From: Eledone cirrhosa
Taxonomy: Eukaryota
Assembly: GCA_964016885.1 (NCBI GenBank)
Contig: OZ024760.1
Span: 992,001-1,056,000, forward strand
Direction of reading: 5' to 3'
DNA: 64,000 nucleotides
A model generated the notes under the pieces. The model searched no databases. It was not told where the DNA came from and was given only the letters and a program-made list of their open reading frames with translations. Within the stretch, counting starts at the first letter, position 1, and each line of letters starts with the position of its first letter. The translations under genes and the position numbers were made by a program. Shown piece by piece: positions 27,120 through 40,689 of this stretch.

Positions 27120-28820
27120 GATGGTTGTGTGGTTGGTTGTGGGAGTGGGTCGGTGGGTGTTTGGACGGTGGGTGGGTGGGTGGTTGGGCTGATGGTTGTG
27201 GGAGTGGGTCGGTGGGTGGGTGGTTGGGTGGTTGTGTGAGTGGGTGCGTGGGTTGGATGGTTGTGTGTGTGGGTGAGTGGATGGTTGGGTGAGTGGGTGG
27301 GTGGATGGTTGGGTGAGTGGGTGGGTGGATGGGTGGGTGGTTGTGTGAGTGGGTGCGTGGGTGGATGGTTGGGTGAGTGGGTGAGTGGATGGTTGGGTGA
27401 GTGGGTGGGTGGATGGTTGGGTGAGTGGGTGGGTGGATGGGTGAGTGTGTGGGTGGTTGTGTGGGTGGATGGTTGTGTGGGTGGGTTGATGTCTCTCTTG
27501 GATGGTTGAATGGTTTGATGGTCGTCTGGGTAGATGGTTGGGTGGGTGGTAGGATGGTTGGGTGGATTGGATGGCTGCTTTGTGTGTTTATTGGTTCCAT
27601 TGTTGGTGTTTGTAGTTGTTACCCTGCTAATACTTAACCCCCCCCCCCCCATACCTCCACCGCCACCCACCCATACCTCCACCATCACCTATACTAACAC
27701 TGCAATCACCACTGCCACCACTATCAATACCACAACCATCATCATCATCACTACCATGACCACTATAACTAACACCATCACCACCCACACCTCTATCATT
27801 CCCTCTACCACCACCACCACCATCATCAGCAACAGCATCATCCCCACTATCAACACCCTCTCCACTGCTATCATCAGCAACCTCCCCCTCCCTCATCGTT
27901 CCCACCACCACCAGCAACACCTCTCCCATCGTCACCACCACCACCATAATCATCATCACTGCCACCAGCAACACCCTCACCACTATTACCATCAGCACCT
28001 CCCACCACCACCAGCAATACTCTCAATGCTACCATCAGCACATCTCCCCCAACACCACCACCAACACCAACACTGTAACTACTACCATCAGCACACCTCT
28101 CACAACACCACCACTCACTACTACTACTACCATCACCCCCACCCCCCAACACCTCATCATCATCACACCTCTCACACCACCACCACCGCCACCACTGCTA
28201 TTACCATCAGCAAACCTCCCCCACCTCTCACACCTCCACCACCACCACTGCTATTACCATCACCCCCACCTCCAACACCTCACCATCATCACACCTCTCA
28301 CACCACCACCACCACCACCACTGCTATTACCATCAGCAAACCTCCCCCACCACCAACACCACCACTGCTATTACCATCAGCAAACCTCCCCCACCACCAA
28401 CACCACACCTCTCACACCACCACCACCACCACCACTGCTATTACCATCAGCAAACCTCCCCCACCACCAACACCACACCTCTCACACCACCACCACCACC
28501 ACCACTGCTATTACCATCAGCAAACCTCCCCCACCACCAACACCACACCTCTCACACCACCACCACCACCACTGCTATTACCATCAGCAAACCTCCCCCA
28601 CCACCAACACCACACCTCTCACACCACCACCACCACCACTGCTATTACCATCAGCAAACCTCCCCCACCACCAACACCACACCTCTCACACCACCACCAC
28701 CACCACCACTGCTATTACCATCAGCAAACCTCCCCCACCACCAACACCACACCTCTCACACCACCACCACCACTGCTATTACCATCAGCAAACCTCCCCC
28801 ACCACCAACACCATCAGCAC
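27120..28820. repeat. (GGGT/GGAT)n tract, (CAC)n tract and ~65-bp CAC-rich minisatellite
   Basis: Repeating CACACCTCTCACACCACC..CACTGCTATTACCATCAGCAAACCTCCCCCACCACCAACAC. Confidence 0.92.
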
Positions 28821-29349
28821 TGATTGCAACTTCTGCAATACCTTCCACTGTGGAACAGAAAGCACTTGACTGAAAAAAACAAAAAAAAAACAGAGAGACC
28901 CTTCCTCTCCCTAAAATAACAGAAGTGCAGAGAATTTGAGGGGGAGGGGACCCAGGTTTATTTTTACCTTAGGATATAGATAGATGGAGAGGTAGACAGA
29001 CAGACACACAGACACATATACAGTAAATACAAAGGTAAATAGATATATAGGTAGGTAGGCAGGTAGATAGATAGAGGTAAGTGGATAAATAGATATATTT
29101 CTTTATTAGCCACAAGGGCACACAAGAAAGGGGACAAAACAAGGACACATGCCGGGGATAAATAGATATATAGATAGATAGGTAGACTGTGATAGCTAAG
29201 TGGATAGATATAAAGACAGGTCGTCAATAGATAGATAGAGACACAGATATAGTGAGGTAGAGAGATAGATAGACAGATAGCTAGGTAAATGGATAGACAG
29301 GTAGATAGATATTGCTAGCTAGGAAACTAGATAGATAGACAGAGAGATG

Positions 29350-31135
29350 ATGATAGTTTGGTAGATAGAGAGAGACAGGGGTAGTTTGGTAGATAGACAG
29401 GGGTAGTTTGGTAGATAGACAGGGGTAGTTTGGTAGATAGATAGACAGGGGTAGTTTGGTAGATAGATTGACAGGGGTAGTTTGGTAGATAGATTGACAG
29501 GGGTAGTTTGGTAGATAGATAGACAGAGGTAGTTTGGTAGATAGATAGACAGGGGTAGTTTGGTAGATAGATAGACAGGGGTAGTTTGGTAGATAGACAG
29601 GAGTAGTTTGGTAGATAGATAGACAGAGGTAGTTTGGTAGATAGATAGACAGGGGTAGTTTGGTAGATAGATTGACAGGGGTAGTTTGGTAGATAGATAG
29701 ACAGGGGTAGTTTGGTAGATAGACAGGGGTAGTTTGGTAGATAGATAGACAGAGGTAGTTTGGTAGATAGATAGACAGGGGTAGTTTGGTAGATAGATAG
29801 ACAGGGGTAGTTTGGTAGATAGACAAGGGTAGGTTGGTAGATAGATAGACAGGAGTAGTTTGGTAGATAGATAGACAGGGGTAGTTTGGTAGATAGATAG
29901 ACAGAGGTAGTTTGGTAGATAGATAGACAGGGGTAGTTTGGTAGATAGACAAGGGTAGCTTGGTAGATAGATAGACAGAGGTAGCTAGGTAGATAGATAG
30001 ACAGGGGTAGTTTGGTAGATAGATAGACAAGGGTAGTTTGGTAAATAGATAGACAGGGGTAGGTTGGTAGATAGATAGACAGAGGTAGCTTGGTATATAG
30101 ATAGGGGTAGCTTGGTATATAGATAGGGGTAGCTTGGTATATAGATAGACAGGGGTAGGTTGGTAGATAGATAGACAGGGGTAGCTTGGTAGATAGATTG
30201 ACAGGGGTAGGTTGGTAGATAGATACACAGGGGTAGCTTGGTATATAGATAGACAGGGGTAGGTTGGTAGATAGATACACAGGGGTAGGTTGGTAGATAG
30301 ATAGACAGAGGTAGGTTGGTATATAGATAGACAGGGGTAGGTTGGTAGATAGATTGACAGAGGTAGCTTGGTATATAGATATACAGAGGTAGGTTGGTAG
30401 ATAGATAGACAGAGGTAGCTTGGTATATAGATAGACAGGGGTAGCTTGGTATATAGATAGACAGGGGTAGGTTGGTAGATAGATAGACAGAGGTAGCTTG
30501 GTATATAGATAGACAGGGGTAGGTTGGTAGATAGATAGACAGAGGTAGCTTGGTATATAGATAGACAGGGGTAGCTTGGTAGATAGATAGACAGGGGTAG
30601 CTTGGTATATAGATAGACAGGGGTAGGTTGGTAGATAGATAGACAGGGGTAGTTTGGTATATAGACAGGGATAGTTTGGTATATAGATAGACAGGGGTAG
30701 GTTGGTAGATAGATAGACAGGGGTAGCTTGGTAGATAGATAGACAGAGGTAGGTTGGTAGATAGATACACAGGGGTAGGTTGGTAGATAGATAGACAGAG
30801 GTAGCTTGGTATATAGATAGACAGGGGTAGCTTGGTATATAGATAGACAGGGGTAGGTTGGTAGATAGATAGACAGGGGTAGGTTGGTATATAGATAGAC
30901 AGGGGTAGGTTGGAAGATAGATAGACAGAGGTAGCTTGGTATATAGATAGACAGGGGTAGGTTGGTAGATAGATAGACAGAGGTAGCTTGGTATATAGAT
31001 AGACAGGGGTAGGTTGGTAGATAGATAGACAGGGGTAGTTTGGTATATAGATAGACAGAGGTAGCTTGGTATATAGATAGACAGGGGTAGTTTGGTAGAT
31101 AGATAGACAGGGGTAGTTTGGTAAATAGATAGATA
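29350..31135. repeat. 26-bp minisatellite (AGACAGGGGTAGTTTGGTAGATAGAT)n
   Basis: About 70 units with 22/26-bp variants. Confidence 0.97.
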
Positions 31136-31956
31136 CATAGATATGGACAGATAGATAGAGAGAGGGGTGGCTAGGTAGATAGACAGATAGGTGGATATAG
31201 TTAGATAGATAGAGGTAGATAGATACATGGATAAAGTTATGTAAATAGATAAATAGATGGATATAGTTAGGTAGATAGATAGATAGAGAGAGAGAGAGGT
31301 AGATAGATAGATAGAGAGAGAGAGAGAGGTAGATAGATAGATAGAGAGAGGGGGAGATAGATAGATAGAGAGAGGGGGAGATAAGTAGATAGATAAATAG
31401 ATGGATATAGTTAGGTAGATAGATAGAGAGAGAGAGAGGTAGATAGATAGAGAGAGAGAGAGGGGGAGATAAGTAGATAGATAGATAGATAGATGCATGG
31501 GTATAGATAGCTGTACAGATAGGTAGATATAGTTAGGTAAATAGAGTGAGATCTAGTAGTGAAAACTGTTTGTTTTGCTCATGTAGTTTAGTTACTTTTG
31601 TTATTACTAATAAATGTGCTGGTATGTTTAGTGTCTCTGCTGTTTTAACTACACTATATATATATATCTATATATATATATATATATATGTGGGTGTGTG
31701 TGTATATTTATGTATTTACATTATATATATATATATATATATATGATGTGTGTGTATATATTTATGTATTTATATATATTCATCTATTTATATATGTGTG
31801 TGTGTGTGTATTTATGTATTTACATATATTTATCTATCTATATATTTATATATAAATATATTTATGTGTATATATATATATATATATATAAATGTGTGTA
31901 TATATATATATATATATACACAATATAGATATTTTTTTATATATATATATATATAA

Positions 31957-31997
<41 letters not shown>

Positions 31998-32044
31998 TCT
32001 ATAAATACATATATATGTAAATACATAAATATATATACACGCAG

Positions 32045-32096
<52 letters not shown>

Positions 32097-32586
32097 ATAT
32101 ATATATATATATGTGTGTGTATGTATGTATGTGTGTGTGTATCTGTATGTTTATATATATATATATATATAACTGTGTGTGTGTTTCTATATATATATAT
32201 ATGTGTGTGTGTATCTGTACGTTTATATATATGTGTGTGCGCGCGCGCGTATATGTAAGTCTATAAGTGTGTATATGTGAGGATGTGTGTATATGTATGC
32301 ATATGTACCAAGTGAATCAGACAAAAGAAACGCGTGTACGCACGCATAGCCCGTCCAGGTGGTGCTCCAGTATGGCCTCAATCAAAGGGTAAAGTCTTAC
32401 GCGCGCGCGTGTAAACAAAGCGTTGAACGTTTAACGAAATAGAGATAAAAGATATATTTCTCCAGATGACATGTCAGTTATCTCCCTTACATCATAAACG
32501 TCAACCTGTTTTCCACCGTCATTGTATACACACACACACACACACACGCATATATATATATACATATACATATATATATATATATA

Positions 32587-32616
<30 letters not shown>

Positions 32617-32622
<6 letters not shown>

Positions 32623-32947
32623 ACCCCCCCACCCCGGCATTCGCGGTCCCGGTTATTCGCAGAATTTTCCTTAGAACCTAACTAATAATTGTTTGTGGAA
32701 ACCACCGCATATTCGCGGAATCGTAAATATCTTTCGCGATTTTTTTAATGGCTTTTTTCGTGGCAATATATATTTTTTCACGCTTTTTAACGCTAAATTA
32801 TTAATAACAATATACCGTATTTGCTGGCCTATATTTTACGTTATGTTTTGACGTTTATAGGCATTTTTATGGACCATGTCCAATATTCGCGTTTTTTCGC
32901 CCTTCGCGGGTGCTCTAGGAACAAAACCCCCGCGAATACCTGGGGAC

Positions 32948-32952
<5 letters not shown>
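32617..32952. mobile_element. pogo/Tigger-like MITE
   Basis: Imperfect TIRs (..GTACCCC..CCGGCATTCGCGG / CCGCGAATACCTGGGGACAACT), internal ATTCGCG repeats, TA flanks, no ORF. Confidence 0.65.
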
Positions 32953-32978
<26 letters not shown>

Positions 32979-33138
32979 GGTAAATATACACGGGTGTGTA
33001 TGATTGTGTATAGAAGATTATATTAATAAGAGGAATTCCAGCTTTGTCTGATTTACTCGTTTTAATTACAATCCTTTAAAATTTATAATGGTATTATAAT
33101 GAAATAGTATGATAGAATATTAAATTCTAAGTGTTAAT

Positions 33139-33177
33139 TGAACAAGTACTTTCATGCTTTCGCAATCTTCAGGTTCA
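33139..33177 (-). ncRNA. Minimal type I hammerhead ribozyme
   Basis: Mirror of 33251-33289. Confidence 0.75.
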
Positions 33178-33250
33178 TAATGTGTGGTGACAGTCGAGTT
33201 TGCAATTTTCAACTGTTGAAAATTGCAAACTCGACTGTCACCACATATCA

Positions 33251-33289
33251 TGAACCTGAAGATTGCGAAAGCATGAAAGTACTTGTTCA
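33251..33289 (+). ncRNA. Minimal type I hammerhead ribozyme
   Basis: TGAAC-CTGAAGA-tTGC gaaa GCAt-GAAA-GTAC-TT-GTTCA. Confidence 0.78.
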
Positions 33290-33563
33290 ATTAACACTTA
33301 GAATTTAATATTCTATCATACTATTTCATTATAATACCATTATAAATTTTAAAGGATTGTAATTAAAACGAGTAAATCAGACAAAGCTGGAATTCCTCTT
33401 ATTAATATATATATAGATATATATGTGTGTGTGTGTGTGTGTGTATTGTAGTAGTCGTAGTCCTTGGGCCCAAAAGTCGTTCTTGTCGTGACCATCTTGT
33501 CTAATGTGATCTTTCTCTTCTTTCTATCTATCTCTTCTCTATCTTTACTCGTTCTCTCTCGTC

Positions 33564-33595
<32 letters not shown>

Positions 33596-34083
33596 CTTCT
33601 TCACCTTCTTCTTCTTCACCTTCTTCTTCTTCACCTTCTTCTTCTTCACCTTCTTCTTCACCTTCTTCTTCTTCACCTTCTTCTTCACCTTCGTCGCCGC
33701 CGTCACCTTCTTCTTTACCTTTCATTTTGTCTCTATTACAGCCACCCCAGCCCTCTCTCCCCCCCTCTCCCTTTCTGTCACACACAATTGGTTTATTACA
33801 AAAGACGGTGTATACACACTTAACGTGTAGGAAGCAGAGAATTATAATTACAACCAACTAATTAATGTAATTAAGTCAAACCTAATATATATACGTTCAT
33901 GTTCTACATTAAGTGTTGATTGTTCATTTCTTTCATTGGTATATCATCATCATCATCGTTTTATATCGTTTTCTCTCTCTATATATATGTCAACATGAAT
34001 GGACCTGTTACTTTTATCTTAAGACATTTTTTTTCCAATTCCAACCCTGCCCATCCCTTCAATCTATCTTATTTCTCATTCTT

Positions 34084-34119
34084 TCTTCTGATGAAGGACT
34101 AGCGTCCGAAACGTTAAGA
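34084..34119 (+). ncRNA. Minimal type I hammerhead ribozyme
   Basis: TCTT-CTGATGA-A-GGAC tagc GTCC-GAAA-CG-TT-AAGA; stem III is the palindrome ACGT (dimer type). Confidence 0.85.
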
Positions 34120-34657
34120 CCCTCTTCCTGCTATTTGAAGTGTTAACCTAATATATTCCTTCCATATACTGTTCCGACTAGCAAGTGTTGCATGGGTCTG
34201 GGTCCACGTAGACCAAGTCAGTAGTGAAGTGGGGCTGCTGTTCTTCTGAAGAGGCCAGGGATCTACACCTTTTGTATACAGTGTCATATCCTGTCCGAGT
34301 GCACAGGAGAGGTTGTCGTGACTTTTGACACAAACTGAAGAATCCTCCCAACCCTTTGTTTAGCAAGACTTCTATGACATGATGCCCTTCCTATCACCAG
34401 CCACTTTTCAGTATGTACTGGGTGCTTTATACCCTGTAGATAACCAGCTTTAGGGAGGTTGCCATGTCCTAGAGACAGCTGAAAGGTCCTCCCAAACTCG
34501 TCCCATGGACTCAGTCCTCTACTGCTACGTATATAACCCATCAGTGTTCACTAATATATATATGTGTGTGTGTGTAAAAGGTAAACAGAAATAACACAAT
34601 CAGTACAGTATATGGTAAAAATATATTAGGTTAACGCTTGAAATAGCAGGAAAAGGG

Positions 34658-34693
34658 TCTTAACGTTTCGGACGCTAGTCCTTCATCAGAAGA
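34658..34693 (-). ncRNA. Minimal type I hammerhead ribozyme, inverted copy
   Basis: Reverse complement of 34084-34119 within inverted repeats ~34005-34165 / ~34618-34770. Confidence 0.85.
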
Positions 34694-35154
34694 AAGAATG
34701 AGAAATTTGAAAGATTGAAGGGACGGGTGGGTTGGAATTACAAAAAATGTTTTCAGAGAAAAGTAATAAGTTTATGGTAGAAACCAAGCCGAAATCAGTT
34801 CTCTATAAGAAAAGCATGGTCAACTTATCTAGCTCATGCTAGTGTGGCAGAATAGATGTAAAACAGTATGGTGATGATGATGATGATGATGATGATGATT
34901 TGTATGTGTGTGTGTGTGTATATATATATATATTTTTTTTTTTCAATGTGGTCTACCCTTGGTGGTAGGGTCCGTACCGTAGGTAGAACTCAATGTAATC
35001 CAATGGCGAGTAATTCAGTGAAGTCCATAGAAATGTTCCGTGTTCTGCTGAGTTAATTCCTTAGATATAGAGTCATATATTAGATATTAATTTAACAATA
35101 ATAACAAATATATGAACAGATAAAATAACTTGACTTTTTTAAATTAATACCTAA

Positions 35155-35502
35155 TCATCATTCATCATCATTTCATTTTACGTCCACTTTTTCCCTGCTT
35201 ACAAGGGTGGGACGGGAACTGATGCTGGCTTGATTTCTACAGCTTGGATGCCCTTCCTAACACCAACCTCATTTACAGTGAGTGCTGGGTGCTTTTTTTT
35301 TGCTGTGGCACCTGCACAACCACTTTGTAGTGGAATGATAGGGACCCCAGTCCTATCATCTCATTTCTACAGCTGAGTAAACTGGAGCAATGTGAAATAA
35401 AGTGTCTTGCTCAAGGAAACAACACATCACCCGGTCTGAGAATTGAACTCACAACCTTTCGATTGCAAGGCCAATGCTCTAACCACTAATCCATGTGCCT
35501 CC
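35155..35502 (-). mobile_element. SINE family B copy
   Basis: Collinear with 6140-6468. Confidence 0.87.
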
Positions 35503-35503
35503 A

Positions 35504-35534
<31 letters not shown>

Positions 35535-35857
35535 ACAAAAGGGTGACGATGGTTGCCAAGCACTGTACGGCGTAATTCGGGCTGTTTGTTTACAAACAAA
35601 CCGAACATTATAATACATGTTCAGTAAACCCATACGTACATATATATATGTGTGCATGTATGTATATATATACATACTTCTGTACGTCTGTACACATATA
35701 TGTATGTATGTATACATACTTATATATATATATATATATATATGATTTCTAGAGATGATCTAATACCATATACACCCTGCTGGAAAATCTAATAATAACT
35801 ATACATGGATTTGACACTGATACATATATATATATGTGTGTGTGTGGGGGGGGGGGG

Positions 35858-35907
<50 letters not shown>

Positions 35908-36271
35908 GGTGTATGTATATATATATATATATGTGTGTGTGTGGGGGGGGGGTATATATATATATATGTGTGTGTGGGTGTATATATATATATATATGTA
36001 TGTGTCTGTGTGTATATATATGTGTGTGCACATATATATATATGTGTGTGTGTGTGTGTGTATTTATATATTAGATAGTGTGTGGTAAAAACCATGTAGA
36101 CCATAACTCACCAGAGTACTCAATACTTGGGGTAGTAGAGTGGGAAATGTGAAAAGAGTCAGGACCCCAATTTATATTTCATCAACCCCGACAGTTATCA
36201 CTCACTTATTAGGAACAGCATGACCTCAGCCTATAGAAAATTCTACCCTTCTATGATCTTTTCATGAATAT

Positions 36272-37319
36272 ATCATCATCATCATCATCATCGTTTAACG
36301 TCCATATTCCACGCTTGCATGGGTTTGGACGGGAGTTTTCCCACTTGAGGCAAGAGTGGTTGTCTTGCTCGCATAGGACTGTCTGGCGGGTTTTCTACGG
36401 CTGGATGCCCTTCCTAACACCAACCACATTTACAGTGTGGACTGGGAGGTTTTTACCATGTTACCTACACGGCCACATTACAGCGTGGACTGTGTGTTTT
36501 TTTTGTCTTGACACCTACACGACCTCATTTGTTTCGGACTGGATGTTGTGGTACCAACATAACTTTACATTGAAAGGGGTGGTGTGGATGGGGTGTGGGT
36601 AGTGTGACGGGGTTGTATTTTTGTTAGAGGTGCCTACTGACTGTAGTAGGTTTCACTTTGTACTTAGGTAAGGCAGGTCTTCTGTATTACTGTGTAGAGC
36701 CAAAGATCTCGGTCCAGTGACATTGTCTTGGAAAGGTGTAAGTGTGTGAGGTCGGAATTTATCAAGTCGTCCCAGGTTTTTCTGGGTCTGCCTACTCCGT
36801 GGCTACCGTCTATTTTTATTTCCCTGCACTTTTTTATACAGCTGTCGTCTTTCATGCGCATCACGTGACCATACCAACGTAGTCTTCTCTCGAGTAAACA
36901 ACATCTGATCCCTCTTATTTCTAATTTTTCCCTTAGTTCGTTTATGCTTTGCCGTTCACGTATATTACTATTACACATCCAGCGGAGCATGCAAGCTTCG
37001 TTCCTCTCCAGTCTGCATATATCCTCTGCATACAATGCCCAGGTCTCACTGCCATGTAACATTGCTGTTCGTATGCAGGCATCATACAGCCTGCTTTTCA
37101 TTTTTAGAGAGAACCCTTTAGCGGCTAATAGTGGTATAAGCTCTCTGAACTTTTTCCATCCAGTTCTGACTCTAGCTACTGTTCTTTCAGAGCACCTTCC
37201 ACCACTGCTGATTTTGTCACCCAAGTAACGGAAGGTGTCCACTATTTCTATAGAACCATATGTGCAATGGAATGAGCTAGTATTTTGTGGGCACTTGCTG
37301 CTACTTATTGCACCAGAGC

Positions 37320-37321
<2 letters not shown>
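36272..37321 (-). mobile_element. 5'-truncated RTE-clade LINE: RT C-terminus (stop at 36664), ~390-bp 3'UTR and (TGA)n tail
   Basis: [58 protein letters not shown]. Confidence 0.93.
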
Positions 37322-37385
<64 letters not shown>

Positions 37386-37424
37386 ATATTAATAAATGGA
37401 AACTATATTTATAAAACCATAATT

Positions 37425-37488
37425 ATTTTATTATATATATTTCAAGGGTAACCAAGATAAATTATGGTGCGCTTTCATCAGATAAAAT
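37425..37488 (-). ncRNA. Minimal type I hammerhead ribozyme
   Basis: Mirror of 37606-37669. Confidence 0.75.
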
Positions 37489-37605
37489 ACATATGTGTTT
37501 TATAAATAAATATTGACATACCAGGAAAAAAGACAACCTCAACGAATTTCAACCGTTGAGGTTGTCTTTTTTCCGGGTATGCCAATATTTATAAAACAAA
37601 TATGT

Positions 37606-37669
37606 ATTTTATCTGATGAAAGCGCACCATAATTTATCTTGGTCTCCCTTGAAATATATATAATAAAAT
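37606..37669 (+). ncRNA. Minimal type I hammerhead ribozyme
   Basis: ATTTTAT-CTGATGA-AAG..ACCA..TGGT..CTT-GAAA-TATATA-TA-ATAAAAT. Confidence 0.78.
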
Positions 37670-37892
37670 AATTATGGTTTTATTAATATATTGTATATTT
37701 ACTCCACTAAACTGTTGAGTGCTTTATATCAGTTATAAAAATTTTTAAGCTTGTTGAATCCCAACAAATTAAATATAACTTCTGCATATATATATATATA
37801 TATATATACATATACAGATTATATTTTATATATATATATATATAACATAGCCTCAGCTGGATGGCTGGAACAGGTAAAAGAGTATATAAAGA

Positions 37893-37984
<92 letters not shown>

Positions 37985-38152
37985 AGATTATTTATATATA
38001 TATACACAGAATAGATTATTTATATATATATACACAGAATATTATATATATATATATACAGAATAGATTATTTATATATATATACACAGAATATTATATA
38101 TATATATATATATATACAGAATAGATTATTTATATATATATACACAGAATAT

Positions 38153-38185
<33 letters not shown>

Positions 38186-38334
38186 GAAAAGATTTATAAT
38201 ATCGGAGTGTTCATATGCATACATACATATATATATGTGTAGGTGAGTTTTATTGTAGCACAATAATAAAATATATGTTGATTTCACACTTCACTACTCA
38301 CAAGTGTTTTCTAAGCTTCATATCATGTCTTCCT

Positions 38335-38398
38335 ATTTTATCTGATGAGAACGCAAATATCATCCCATGAAATGTTTTTGAAATGTGCATAATAAAAT
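38335..38398 (+). ncRNA. Minimal type I hammerhead ribozyme, diverged stem II
   Basis: ATTTTAT-CTGATGA-..-GAAA-TGTGCA-TA-ATAAAAT. Confidence 0.7.
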
Positions 38399-38425
38399 AC
38401 ATGGAACTCTTTTAACCATCTTTTG

Positions 38426-38494
<69 letters not shown>

Positions 38495-38880
38495 GCGCGT
38501 GTGTGTGTATTTATGAAGACGCCAATACTATGAATGATCTTGTATATATATATATGTATGTATATATATATATATATATATATATGGGTGTGTGTATGAA
38601 CACCCCAAAACTATAAATCATCGGGTCTATATATGATTTAATCTTATATATATACCCAGCTGAGAGAAGCTATAAAAAGTGTGTACATGGATTTAACGGT
38701 GATATAAAAATGGTGTCTTGGATTAGACATGTCTGCCAGAGTTACTGCAAGAAGAAGCAAATTAATCTCAAACTTGGTAAACATTTAGTGGAATTGCAGA
38801 TATTTAGGACAGAATGAAACATTACTGGTAGAGTGGAATCTTGGTTCATATGAACATAATTCATTCCTGAAAGCCATTTG

Positions 38881-39021
38881 TCATCATCATCACCGTTTAA
38901 CGTTCAACTTCAACGCTTGCATGGGTTTGAACGGGAATTTTCCCACTTGAGGCAAGATTGGTTGGTGGGGTTTCTACGGCTGGATGCCCTTCCTAACACC
39001 AACCACGTTTACAGTGTGGAC
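38881..39021 (-). mobile_element. Short RTE-tail insertion in one copy of a local ~110-bp duplication
   Basis: TSD-like ATTTGTCA; the uninterrupted paralog is at 39112-39222. Confidence 0.7.
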
Positions 39022-39377
39022 TATTTGTCACCCAAAATATTCATAAACCGAATCTATTTTTCCTATATGGAATGTTGAGAGAGGGATACAGTTAGAGAGA
39101 GAGAGACCTTACAGGTAGAGTAGAACCTTGATTCATGTGAACTTAATTCATTCCTGAAGGCCATATGTCACCTGAAATGTTCATAAACCAAATCTATTTT
39201 TCCCTTACGAAATGTTGAGAGAGAGAGAGTGGGGGGGGGGGGGGGGGACTGTACACATCTTAACTCTTTACATTACACTATATCTTTACCTTTCATCTTT
39301 ACCGGGTCAATAAAATAATGCACCTGTCAATTTAATCAACTTTCCCCTAAATCAGATACCATTATTATGTAATTCAA

Positions 39378-39568
39378 GGGCGGTGGGTTGGCAGTATCGG
39401 TAGGGGGTCGGATGCCATACTTTGCAGCACAGAGTTACGGTCCTTTATGGTCTGAGTTCAAATCCCGCTGAGGTTAACTTAGCCTTTCATCCTTACAGGG
39501 TCGATAAAATAAAGTACCAGTAATACACTGCAATAATCACTACCCTTGTGCCAAAAGTAGAAATAATT
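39378..39568 (+). mobile_element. SINE family A copy with 16-bp TSD
   Basis: ATTATTATGTAATTCA at 39361 and 39566. Confidence 0.9.
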
Positions 39569-40630
39569 ATTATGTAATTCATTGTTTTACTTTTATTCAT
39601 ATCAAACTCATTTAAACTCCTGCTTATTGATACAATATTTTGGATTTTACTGTGAATTTCAACCCCCTTGAAATTTGTAAGTTTATAATAGTCAACCCCA
39701 TAAATTTAATTTAAAAAAAAATGGACTTTAAAATATTCAACTTTTACTAACCTTGTTTTTTATTATACTGCTTCCTCTGGTCACACTAAGAAAATTACTA
39801 AACCTACATCTTTCACCACACAGACCACATTTACCCATGCCGAATCAGATGACAGATCATAACACCATATGATTCTCTTCACCACTTTGATTATTTCTAC
39901 AATGCTACTCTGCAGCAAAGATGTTTAGTGGTTATTTATTGATCACAGGAAATTGGTATATTTAAATACCATATATAGGGTTTCAAAGCAATACCAACTT
40001 CTACCACTTTGGTATTGCTTGAAAGATAAGCTACACTAGGAGATATACCATCTCTAATACCTAGGCTGAGTAGGCTTCGAAACTTCAGGTAGCATGCAAC
40101 TGTATTGAGAATTTATTTAAAATAATATACTTTATTCCCTTTATCTCGTTTAGTTGTGTGGTCCTGTAACTCCCGAGGGAGTTGCAGGGGTGCCATTTTG
40201 ACATACAGCATTTCTAGGGCCTTTTAAAACCTGGTGGAACCCATCTCTTTCTTCTCCAGGCCTGAATATAGTAGATTTCTTTCAGAGAATGATAGAGAGA
40301 GAGAGAAAGGAAGTGAGAAAAAGATATAGAGGAAGAACTGACCTCAGTACTAGACTGGTACTTTTTTATTGACCTCAAATGGATGAATGGCAAAATTGAC
40401 CTCAACAGGATTTGAACTCAGAGAGCAGAGACCCCAAGACAAATACCTCTAAGCATTCTATCCAACTTTCTCACAACTCTGCCCTTTCCCAAAGTTCACT
40501 CCATTCTTCTGTGACACTAGAGCCCTTGCCCTTCCCTTCATTTTGCGTTTTAAAATATCTGCAGTGTTGTTACTTGAACAGTTAAGGTATCTTTTCTTAG
40601 TTATCTCAACATTTATAAAACAAACTTTGT

Positions 40631-40689
40631 ATTTTATCTGATGAGTGCGTACCAAAGTGTTGGTACCCTTGAAATATATATAATAGAAT
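40631..40689 (+). ncRNA. Minimal type I hammerhead ribozyme
   Basis: ATTTTAT-CTGATGA-gtgc GTACCAA agtg TTGGTAC cctt-GAAA-TATATA-TA-ATAGAAT. Confidence 0.75.

Larger units (their letters stand above)
33019..33409. mobile_element. 391-bp near-perfect palindrome of a hammerhead-bearing pLTR-like repeat
   Basis: 195-bp arms around a single T at 33214; a single arm recurs at 63600-63801. Confidence 0.92.
37380..37695. mobile_element. Fold-back palindrome of a hammerhead-bearing pLTR-like repeat
   Basis: Arms ~150 bp around a loop at ~37544-37552, with small indels; (TA)n flank. Confidence 0.88.

Noticed and set aside
31547-31572. bantam miRNA-like TGAGATC..GTGAAAACTG
   Set aside because: The middle differs with an insertion, and there is no complementary upstream arm for a precursor hairpin.
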